From the human T2T-CHM13v2.0 reference genome, Homo sapiens, in assembly GCF_009914755.1 (NCBI RefSeq), contig NC_060946.1: a stretch of 64,000 nt of DNA; one strand, written 5' to 3'. This document shows positions 41,101 to 52,520 of the stretch, in pieces; position 1 is the stretch's first letter, and each line of letters starts with the position of its first letter. A program made the translations under genes and the position numbers. Under the pieces are notes generated by a model that saw only the letters and a program-made list of their open reading frames with translations, was not told where the DNA came from and made no database searches.

Positions 41101-44100
41101 CAAATATTCTCTTTCAGATTCTACTAAATGACTGTATCGAAGCTGCTCAATCAAAAGAAAGGTTCAACAGTGTGAGAAGAAAGTACACATTCCTAGGAAG
41201 TTTCTCAGAATTCTTATTTCTAGTTTTTTATGTGAAGATATTTCCTTTTCCACTATAGGCCTCAAAGAGTTCCAAATATCCACTTGCAGATACTACAAAG
41301 AGAGTGTTTCAAAACTGCTCAATCAAAAGAAAGGTTCAACTTTGTGAGATGAATGCAGACATCACAAAGAAGTTTCTCAGAATCCTTCTGCCTTGTATTT
41401 ATGGGAAGATATTTCCTTTTTCACCATAGGTCTCAAAGCACTGGTAATATCCATTTGCAGATACTACAAAAAGACTGTTCCCAAACTGCTCAATCAAAAG
41501 AAAGTTTCAACTCTGTGAGATGAAAGCAAATATCACAAAGAAGTTTCTCATAAATTTTCTATCTGGTTTTTATGTGAACATATTTCCTATCGCCCCATAG
41601 GCCTCAATCGGCTCACAAATATCCTTCTGCAGCTTATACAAAACGACTGTTTCCAAACCATTCAATCACAGGAAGGGTTCAACTCTGTGAAATGAATGCA
41701 CCCATCACAGAAAAATTTCTCAGAATGCTTCTGTCTCGTTTTTATGTGAAGAAGATTCCTTTTCCACCATATTCCTCATGTGCTTCAAACATACATTGCA
41801 GATTCTGCTAAAAGAGTGTTTCAAAACTGCTCAATCAAAAGAAAAGTTCTAATCTGTGAGATGAATGCACACATCACAAAGAAGTTTCTATGAATGCTTC
41901 TGTCTGATTTATATTGAAGATATTTCCTTTTTCACCGTAGGCCTCAGAGCGCTTAAAATATCCATTTGCAGATACTAGAAAAAGACTGTTTCCAAACTGC
42001 TCAATCAAAATAAAGTTCAACTCAGTGAGATGAATGCACATATCACAAAGAAGTTTCTGAGAAAGATTCTGTCTAGTTTTTATTTGAAGATATTTCCTAT
42101 TTCCCCAGAGGCATCAATGGGCTCACAAATATTCCTTTGCATATTCTACAAAATGACTGTTTAGAAGCTGCTCAATCAAGAAAAAAGTTCAACACTGTGA
42201 GATGAATGCACACATTCAAAGGAAGTTTCTCAGAATTCTTCTGTCCAGTTTTTATGTGAAGATATTTCCTTTTTCACTATAGGCCACAAAGCACTCAAAA
42301 TATCCACTTGCAGACTCTACAAAAAGAGTGTTTCCACACTGCTCAATCAAAAGAAAAGTTCAACTGTGTGAGATGAATGCACACATCACAAAGAAATTTC
42401 TCCAAAAGCTTCTGCCTAGTTTTTATGGAAAGATACTTCATTTTTCAACATAGGCCAAAAGTGCTCCAAATATTCATTTGCAGATTCTACAAAAAGACTG
42501 TTCCCAAACTGCTCAATCAAGAGAAAGTTTCAACCCGGTGAGTTGAAGTCACACATGACAAAATAGTTTCTCAGAAAGTATCTGTCTAGTTGTTATGTGA
42601 AGATATTTCCTATCTCCCCAGAAGCCTCAATGGGCTCACAAATATCCCTTTGCAGATTCTACAAAACGACAGTTTCAAAACTGCTGAATCAAAAGAAAGG
42701 TTCAACTCTGTGAGATGAATGCACAGATCACAAATAAGTTTCTCAGAATGCTGCTGTCTAGTTTTTATGGGAAGATGTGTCTTTTTCCACCATAGGCCTG
42801 AAAGTGCCCCAAATATCCACTTATAGATTGTACAAAAAGACTGTTTCAAAACTGCTCAATCAAAAGAAAAGTTCAAATCTGTGAGATGAAAGCACACATC
42901 TGAAAGAAGTTTCTCAGAAAGTTTCTGTCTAATTTTTATGTGAAGATATTTCCTATCACCCCATAAGTCTCAATGGGCTCAAAAATATCTCTCTGCAGAT
43001 TCTACAAAAGGACTGTTTCCAAACTGTTCAATACAAGGAAAGGTTCAACACCGTGAAATGAATACACCCACCAGGCAGAAGTTTCTCAGAATGCTTCTGT
43101 CTAGTTTTTATGTGACAATGTTTCCTTTTCTACCATAGGCCTCAAAGCTCTACAAATATCCACTTGAAGATACTGCAAAAAGTGTGTTTCAAAACTGCTC
43201 AATTAAAAGAATGGTTCAACTTCGTGAGATGAATGCACACATCAGAAAGAAATTTCTCAGAATGCTTCTGTCTAGTTTTTATGTGAAGATATTTCCTTTT
43301 CCACCATAGGCCTCAAAGCGCTCCAAATATCCACTTGCACACTCTACGAAAGAGTTTTTCAAAACTTCTCAATCAAAAGAAAGTTTCAGCTCTGTGACAT
43401 GAATGCACACATCACAAAGAAGTTTCCTAGAATGCTTCTGCCTAGTTTTTAGGGGAAGATATTTCCTTTTTCACCATAGGCCTCAAAGTGCTCTAAATAT
43501 CCATTTGCAGGTGAGAAAAAGACGGTGTCCAAACTTCTCAATCAAAAGAAAATTTCAGCTCTGTGAGATGAATGCACATATCACAAAGAACTTTCTCAGA
43601 ATGCTTCTTGCTTGTTTTTATGTGAAGATATTTCCTTTTCCAACACAGACATCTAAGCACTCCAAGTATCCAGTTGAAGATTCCACAAAAAGAGTGTTTC
43701 AAAACTGCTCAATCATAAGATAGGTTTAACTTGGTGAGATGAATGCACACATCGCAAAGAAGTTTTTCAGAATGCTTCTGTCTAGTTTTGCTGTGAAGAT
43801 ATTTCCTTTTCCACCAAAGGCCTCAAAGCACTCCAAGTATCCACTTACAGATTCTACAAAAAGAGTGTTTAAATACTTCTCAAAAAAGAAAGGTTCAGCT
43901 CAGTGAGATGAATGCATACATCACAAAGAACATTCTCAGAATGCTTCTGTCTAGCTTTTATGTGAAGATATTTCCTTTTCCATCATAGGCATCAAAGTGC
44001 TCCAAATATCCACTTGCAGATTCTACAAAAAGAGTGTGTTAAAACTGCTCAATCAAAAGAAAGTTTCAACACAGGGAGTTGAATGCACACATCACAAAGA

Positions 44101-44660
44101 AGTTACTCAGAATGCTTGTGTCTGATTTTTATGTGAAGATATTACCTTTTCCACCAAAGGCCTCAAAGTGCTCCAAATATCTCCTTGCAGATTCTACAAA
44201 AAGAGTGATTAAATACTTCTCAAAAAAGAAAGGTTCAACTCTGTGAGATGAATGCAGAAATCGAAGAGAATTCTCTCAGAATGCTTCTTTCTGGGTTTTA
44301 TGTGAAGATATTTCCTTTTCCTCTATAGGCCTCAAAACGCTACAAATATCCAGTTTCTGATACTACAAAAAGAGTTTGTTAAAACTACTCAATCAAAAGA
44401 AAAGTTCAACACAGGGAGTTGAATGCGCACATCACAAATAAGTTTCTCTGAATGCTTGTGTCTGATTTTTATGTGAAGATATTTCCTTTTCCACCATAGG
44501 CCTCAACGTTTTCTAATTATCCAGTTGCAGATTCTGAAAAAAGAGTGTTTCAAAACTGCTCAATCAAAAGAAAGTTTCAACTCTGTGAAATGAATGCACA
44601 CATGACAAAGAAGTTCTTCAGAATGCTTCTGTCAAGTTTTTATGTGAATATATTTCCTTT
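32125..44660 (-). repeat. Alpha satellite, monomeric, inverted orientation
   Basis: Reverse-complement monomers: aactgctcaatcaaaagaaaggttcaactctgtgagatgaatgcacacatcacaaagaagtttctcagaa; pJalpha box ttccttttYcaccatag. Confidence 0.97.
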
Positions 44661-45546
44661 ATATTTATTTATTCATTTATTTATTTTATTATTATTATAC
44701 TTTAAGTTTTAGGGTACATGTGCACAATGTGCAGGTTAGTTACATATGTATACATGTACCACGCTGGTGTGCTGCACCCATTAACTCGTCATTTAGCATT
44801 AGGTATATCTCCTAATGCTATCCCTGCCCTCTCACCCCACCCCACAACAGTCCCCAGAGTATGACATTCCCCTTCCTGTGTCCATGTGTTCTCATTGTTC
44901 AATTCCCACTTATGAGTGAGAATATGCAGTGTTTGGTCTTTTGTTCTTGGGATAGTTTACTGAGAATGATGATTTCCAATTTCATCCATGTCCCTACAAA
45001 GAACATGAACTCGTCATTTTTTATGGCTGCATAGTATTCCATGGTGTATACGTGCCATATTTTCTTAATCAACTCTATCATTGTTGGACATTTGGGTTGG
45101 TTCCAACTCTTTGCTATAGTGACTAGTGCCGCAATAAGCATACGTGCGCATGTGTCTTTATAGCAGCATGATTTATAGTCCTTTGGGTATATACCCAGCA
45201 ATGGGATGGCTGGGTCAAATGGTATTTCTAGTTCTAGATCCGTGAGGAATCGCCACACTGACTTCTACAATGGTTGTACTAGTTTACAGTGCCACCCACT
45301 GTGTAAAAGTGTTCCTATTTCTCCACATCCTCTCCAGCACCTGTTGTTTCCTGACTTTTTAATGATTGCCATTCTAATTGGTGTGTGATGGTATCTCATT
45401 GTGGTTTTGATTTGCATTTCTCTGATGGCCAGTGATGGTGGGCATTTTTTCATGTGTTTTTTGGCTGCATAAACATATTCTTTTGAGAAGTGTATGTTCA
45501 TGTCCTTCGCCCACTTTTTGAAGGGGTTGTTTGTTTGTTTGTTTGT
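44661..45546 (-). mobile_element. L1PA2/3-like, 5'-truncated (~0.89 kb)
   Basis: (TTTA)n tail and 3'UTR. ORF 44899..45258 is the ORF2p C-terminus (WRFLTDLELEIPFDPAIPLLGIYP..FSLISGN). Candidate TSD tttccttt at 44653-44660 / 45547-45554. Confidence 0.93.
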
Positions 45547-48500
45547 TTTCCTTTTTAAACATATGGCTCAAAGCACTCCAAATATCCATTTGCAGTTACT
45601 ACAGAAAGACTGTTTTCAAACTGCTCAATCAAAAGAAAGATTCAACTCTGTGAAATGAATGCACACATCAGAAGGGAGTTTCTCAGAATGCTTCTGTCTA
45701 GTTCTTATCTGAAGATATTCCCTATTTCCCCAGAGGCCTCAGTAGGCTGAAAAATATCCCTCTACAGATTCTACAAAACTACTGTTTCCAAACTGCTCAA
45801 TCAATACAAAGGTTAAAGTCTGCGAAATTAATGGACACAAGACAAAGAAGTTTCTCAGAACGCTTCTGTATATTTTTAATGTGAAGATATTTCCTTTTTC
45901 ACCATAGGTCCCAAAGCCCTCCAAATATCCACTTGCAGATTCTATAAAAAGACTGATTCCAAACTGCCCAATCAAAAGAAAGTTTCAACTCTGTGAGATG
46001 AAAGCAGATATCACAAATAATTTTCTCAGAAATTTTCTGTTTAGTTTTTATGTGAAGATATTTCCTATTACCCCATAAGCCTCAATGGGAACAAAATACC
46101 CCTTCATAGATTCTACAAAACGATGGGCTCCAAACTGCTCAATCAAAAGAAAGTTAAACCCTGTGAGATGAATGCACATATCACAAAGAAGTTTCTCAGA
46201 ATGCTTCTGTGAAGTTTCCATGTGAAGATATTACCTTTTCCAATATAGGAAACAAAACGCTCCAAATATCGACTTGCAGATTGTACAAAAAGAGTTTTTC
46301 AAAACTGCTCAATCAAAAGAAAACTTCATCTCTGTGAGATGAGTGCGCACATCACAAAGAAGTTTCTCAGAATGCTTCTGTCTAGTTTTTATGTGAAGAT
46401 ATGTCCTTTTCCACCATAGGCCTCAAAGCAAACAAAATATCTGTTTGCAGATTCCAAAAAAGACTGTTTCCAAACTGCTCAATCAAAAGAAAAGTTCAAC
46501 TCTGTGAGATGAATACACACATCGCAAAGAAGTTTCTCAGAAAGTGTCTCTCTAGTTTTTATATGAAGATATTTCCTAACACCCCATAGGCATCAATGGG
46601 TTCACAAATATCCCTCTGTAGATTCTACAAAATGACAGTTGGCAAACTGCTCAATCAAAGGAATGGTTCAACTCTGTGAAATGAATGCACATAACACAAA
46701 GAAGTTTCTCAGAATGCTTCTCTCCTGTTTTAATGTGAAGATATTTCCTATTCCACCATAGGCCTCAAAGTGCTCCAAATATCCACTTGCAGATTCTACA
46801 CAAAGAGTGTTTCAAAACTGCTCAATCAAAAGAAAGTTTCAAATCTGTGAGATTAATGCACACATCACAAAGCAGTTTCTAGGAATCCTTCTGTCTGGTT
46901 TTTATGTGAGGATACTTCCTTTTTCACCACAGGCCTCAAAGAGCTCCAAAAATCCATTTGCAGATACTACAAAAAGATTGTTTCCAAACTGCTCAATAAA
47001 GAGAAAGGTTCAAATTTGAGAGATGAAAACACACACCACAAAGGTGTTTCTCAGAATTCTTCTTTGTGGTTTTTCTGTGAAGATATTTTCTTTTCCACCA
47101 TAGGCCTCAAAGCGCAACAAATATCCACTTGCTGATTCTATAAAAAGTGTTTCAACACTGCTCAATCAAAACAAGGGTTCAACTCTGTGAGATGAATGCA
47201 CACATCACAAAGAAGTTTCTGAGAATGCTTCTGTCTAGTTTTTATGGGAAGATATTTCCTTTTCCACCATAGGCCTCAAAGCTCTCCAAATATCCATTTG
47301 CAGATACTACAAAAAGACTGTTCCCAAACTGCTCAATCAAGAGAAAGGTTCAACTCCATGAGTTGAATGCATACATCACAAAGAAGTTTCTCAGAAAGCT
47401 TCTGACTAGTTTTTATGTGAAGATGTTTTCTTTTCCACCATAGGCCTCAAAGTGCTAAAAATATCCACTTGAAGATTCTACAAAAAGAGGGTTTCAAAAC
47501 TGCTCAAACAAAAGAAAGGTTCAACTCTGTGACATGAATGCACACATCACAAAGAAGTTTCTCAGAATGCTTCTGTCTAGTTTTATGTGGAGATATTCCC
47601 TTTTCTACTATAGGCCGCAAAGCACTCCAAATATCAACTTGCAGATTCTGCAGAAAGAGTTTTTCAAAGCTGCTCAATCAAAAGAAAAGTTCAACTCTTT
47701 GAGATGAATGCCCGCACCATGAAAAAGTTCCTCAGAATGCTTCTGTCTATTTTTTATGTGAAGATATATCCTTTTCTACCAAAGACCGCAAAGTGCTCCA
47801 AATATCCCCTTGCAGTTTCTACTAAAAGAGTGTTTCCAAACTGCTCAATCAAAAGAAAGTTTCAACTCTGTGAGATGAATGCACACATCACTAACAAGTT
47901 TCTCAGTAATTTTCTGTCTAGTTTTTATTTGAAGATATTTCCTTTCCTACTATAGGCCTGAAAGTGCTCCAAATATCCATTTGCAGATACTGCAAAAAGA
48001 CTGCTTCCAAACTGCTCAATCAAAGGAAAGGTCCAACTCTATGAGTTGAATGCACGCATCTCAAAGAGATTTCTCAGAATGGTTCTCTCTAGTTTTTATG
48101 TGAAGATATTTGCTTTTCCACCAGTGGCCTCAAACTCTCCAAATATCCACTTGCAGATTGTACAATAAGAGTGTTTCAAAACTGCTCAATCCAAAGAAAG
48201 GTTTAACTCTGTGAGATGAATGCACACATCACAAACCACCTTCTCAGAATGCTTCTGTCTAGTTTTTATGTGAAGATATTTCGTTTTTCACCATAGGCCA
48301 CAAAGCGCTCCAAATATCCCCTTCAGATTCCACAGAAAGAATGTTTCAAAACTGTTCAATCAAAAGAAAGGTTCAACTCTGGTGATGAATGCACGCATCA
48401 CAGAGCAGTTTCTCATAATGTTTCTGTCTAGTTTTCATGTGTATATATTTCCTTTTCCACCACAGGCCCCAAAGCGCTCCAAATATCCGTTTGCAGGTAC

Positions 48501-51500
48501 TACTAAAAGACTGTTTCCAAACTGCTCAATCAAAAGAAAAGTTTAAATCTGTAAGTTGAATGAGCACATCACAAATAAGTTTCTCAGAATGCTTCTGTCT
48601 AGTTTTTATGTGAAGATATTTCCTTTTCCACCACAGGCCACAAAGCACTCCAAATATCCACTTGAAGATTCTACAAACAGACTTCTTCAAAAATACTCAA
48701 TCAAAAGAAAGGTTCAACTCTTTGAGATGGATGCACATATCACAAAGAAGCTTCTCAGAATGCTTCTGTCTACTTTTTATGTGAAGATATTTCCTTTTCC
48801 ACCATAGGCCTCAAGTCTCTCCAAATATCTACTTTCAGAATCTCCAAAAAGAGTGTTTTAAAACTGCTGTATCAAAGAAAGTTTCACGTCTGTGATATGA
48901 CTACACACAACACAGAGAAGTTTCTCAGAGTGCTTCTGTGTATTTTTTATGTGAAGATATTTCCTTTTCCACTATCGGACACAGAGCGCTCCAAATATCC
49001 ACTTGCAGAACCTACAAAAGAGTGTTTCAAACCTGCTCAATCAAAAGAAAGATTTAACTCTATGAGATGAATGGACACATCACAAAGAAGTTTCTCAGTA
49101 TGCTTTTGTCTAGTTTTTATGTGAAGATGTTTCCTTTTCCAATCCATGATGTAAAGTGATCCAAATATCCACTGGTAGATATTACAAAAAGACTGCTTTC
49201 AAACTGCTCTATCAAAAGAAAGGTTCAAATCTGTGAGTTGGATGCACACATCACAAAGAATTTTCTCAGAATGCTTCTGTCTAGTTTTTATGTGAAGATA
49301 TTTCCTTTTCCACCATAGGCCTCAAAGCACTCAAAATGTCCATTTGCAGATACTACAGAAAGATGCTTTCCAAGCAGCTCAATCAGAGGAAATGTTCAGC
49401 TCTTTGAATTAAATGCACATCACAAAATAGTTTCCCTGAATGCTTCTGTCTTGTATATATGTGAAGATATTTCCTTTTCCAATATAGTCCACAAAGCGCT
49501 ACAAATATCAACTTGCAGATTCTGCAAAAACAGTGTTTCCAAACTGTTCAATCAAAAGAAACTTTCAACTCTGTGAGTTGAATGCACACATCACAAAGAA
49601 TTTTCTCAGAATGCTTCTTTCTAGTTTTCATATGACGATATTTCCTTTTCCACCACATGACTCAAATCGCTCCAAAAATACACAAGCAGATTCCATAAAC
49701 AGAGTATTTCAAAACTGCTGAATCAAAAGAAAGTTTCAGCTCTGTGAGATGAATGCACACATCACAAAGAAGATTCTCAGAATGCTTCTGTCTAGTTTTC
49801 ATGTGAAGATATTTCCTTTTCCACATTAGGCCTCAAATCTCTTCAAATATCCCTTGCAGATTCTACAAAAATAGTGTTTCAAAACTGCTCAATCGAAAGA
49901 AAGGTTGAAGTCTGTGAGATGAATGCACATCTCATAAACAAGTTTCTCAAAGTGCTTCTGTCTAGTTTTTATTTGAAGATATATCCTTTTCCACAATAGG
50001 CCACAAAGCACTCCAAATATCCACTTGCAGATTCTTCAAAAAGAGTGTTTCAAAACTGCTCAATCAAAACAAAGGTTCAACTGTGTTAGTTGAATGCACA
50101 CATCACAAAGAAGCTTCTCAGAATGCTCTGTCTAGTTTTTATGTGAAGATATTTCCTTTTCCACCGTAGGCCCCAAAGCATTCCAAATATCCACTGGTAG
50201 ATTCTACAAATGTGCGTTTCAAAACTGCTTAATCAAAAGAAAGGTTCAAACCTGTGAGATGAATACACACATCACAAAGCAGTTTCTCAGAATGCTTCTG
50301 TCTAGTTTTGATGCGAAGATATTTCCTTTAACACCGTAGAACTGGAAGCGCTGCAAATATCCACTTGCAGATTCTACAAAAAGAGTGTTTCAAAACTGCT
50401 GAATCAAAAGAAAAGTTCAACTCTGTGAGAAGAATGCACACATCACAAAGAAGTTTCGCAGAATATTTCTGTCTAGTTTTTATGTGAAGATATTTCCTTT
50501 TCCCCTCGAGGCTAGAAAGCACTTCAAATATCCAATTGCAGATTCTACAAAAGAGTGTTTCAAAACTGCTCAATCAAAGGAAAGGTCCAATTCGGTGAGC
50601 TGAATGTGCACATCAGAAGGAAGTTTCTCAGAATACCTCTGTGCAGTTTTTATGTGAAGATATTTACTTTTCCACCATAAGCCCCAAGGCTCTCCAAATA
50701 TCCACTTGCAGATTCAACAAAAAGTGTGTTTCAAAACTGCTCAATCAAAAGAAAGGTTCAACTCTGTGAGAGGAATGCTCACATCACAAACAGGTTTCTC
50801 AGAATGCTTCTGTCTTGTTTCTTTGTGAAAATACTTCCTTTTCCACTAGAGGAAGCAAAGCGCTCCAAATATCCACTTGCAGATTTTACAAAAGGGTGTT
50901 TCTAAAGTGCTAAATCAAAAGAAAGTTTCAAGTCTGTGAGATGAATGCACATATCCCAAAGAAGTTTCTCAGAATGCTTCTGTCTAGTTTTCATTTGAAG
51001 ATATAAAATTTTCCACTATAGGCCATAAAGAGCTTCAAATATCCACTTGCATATTCTTCAAAAAGAGTGTTTCAAAACTGCTGAATCAAAATAAAGTTTC
51101 AACTCTGTGAGGTGATTGCACACATCATAAAGAAGTTTCTCAGAATGCTTCTGTGTAGCTTTTATGTGAAGGTATTTCCTTTTCCACCATAGGCCTTAAA
51201 GCGTTCCATATATCCACCTGCAGATTCTACAAAAAGAGTGTTTCAAAACTATTTAATCAAAAGAAAGGTTCAACCCAGTGAGGTGAATGTACTCGTCATG
51301 GAGAAGATTCCAAGAATGCTTCTGTCTAGTTTATATGTGAACATATTTCCTTTTCCACTATAGGAGGCAAAGCGTTCCAAATATCCAATTGCGGATTCCA
51401 CAAAAAGTGTTTCAAAACTGCTCAATGAAAAGAAATGTTGAATTCTGTGAGACAAACGCACACATCATAAAGGAGTGTCTAAGAATGCTTCTGTCTGGTT

Positions 51501-52089
51501 TTTATGTGAAGATATTTCCTTTTCCACTATAGGCCTTAAAGCGCTCCAAATATACATTTGCAGATGCTACAAAAAGAATGTTTCCAAACTCCTCAAAGAT
51601 ATGTTCAACTTTTTGAGTTGAATGCACACATCACATAGTAGTTTCTCAGATTGCTTCCGTCCAGATTTTATTTGAAGATATTTCCTTTACCAACATAGGC
51701 CTCAGAACTCTCCAAATATCGAATTGCAGATTCTACAAAAACAGTGTTTGAATACTGCTCAAACAAAAGAAAGGTTCAACCCTGTGAGATGAATGCACAC
51801 TTGCAAAGATGTTTCTCAGAATGCTTCTGTGTTGTTTTAATTTGAAGATATTTCCTTTACCATCATAGGCCTCAAAGCACTCCAAATATCCACTTACAGA
51901 TTCTACAAAAAGAGTGTTTCAAACCTGCTCAATCAAAAGAAAGGTTCAACTCTTAGTGATGAATGCACACATCACAAAGTAGTTTTTCAGAATGCCTCTG
52001 TCTAGTTTTTATGTGAATATGCATCCTTTTCCACTATAGGCCACAAAGTGCTCCAAACACCCCCTTGCAGATTCTACAAAAAGAGTGTT
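45547..52089 (-). repeat. Alpha satellite, monomeric, inverted orientation
   Basis: Continuous ~171-bp reverse monomers. Confidence 0.97.
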
Positions 52090-52520
52090 AGCAAAGACTT
52101 GGAACCAACCCAAATGTCCAACAATGATAGACTGGTTTAATAAAATGTGGCACATATACACCATGGAATACTATGCAGCCATAAAAAATGATGAGTTCAT
52201 GTCCTTCGTAGGGACATGGATGAAATTGGAAATCAACATTCTCAGTAAACTATCACAAGAACAAAAAAACAAACACTTCATATTCTCACTCATAAGTGGG
52301 AATTGAACAATGAGAACACATGGACACAGGAAGGGGAACATCACACTCTGGGGACTGTTGTGGGGTGGGGAGAGGGGGGACGGAGAGCATTGGGAGATAT
52401 ATCTAATGCTAGATGACGGGTTAGTGGGTGCAGCACACCAGCATGCCACATGTATACATATGTAACTAACGTGCACATTGTGCACATGTACCCTAAAACT
52501 TAAAGAATAATAATAAGAAA
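52090..52520 (+). mobile_element. L1PA2/3-like, heavily 5'-truncated (~430 bp)
   Basis: Starts agcaaagacttggaaccaaccc ([17 protein letters not shown] stop), then a G-rich 3'UTR and an A tail. Perfect 12-bp TSD aaaaagagtgtt at 52078-52089 and 52521-52532. Confidence 0.95.

Noticed and set aside
52355-52395. G-quadruplex-like G-rich tract
   Set aside because: It is the standard L1 3'UTR polypurine tract, not locus-specific.
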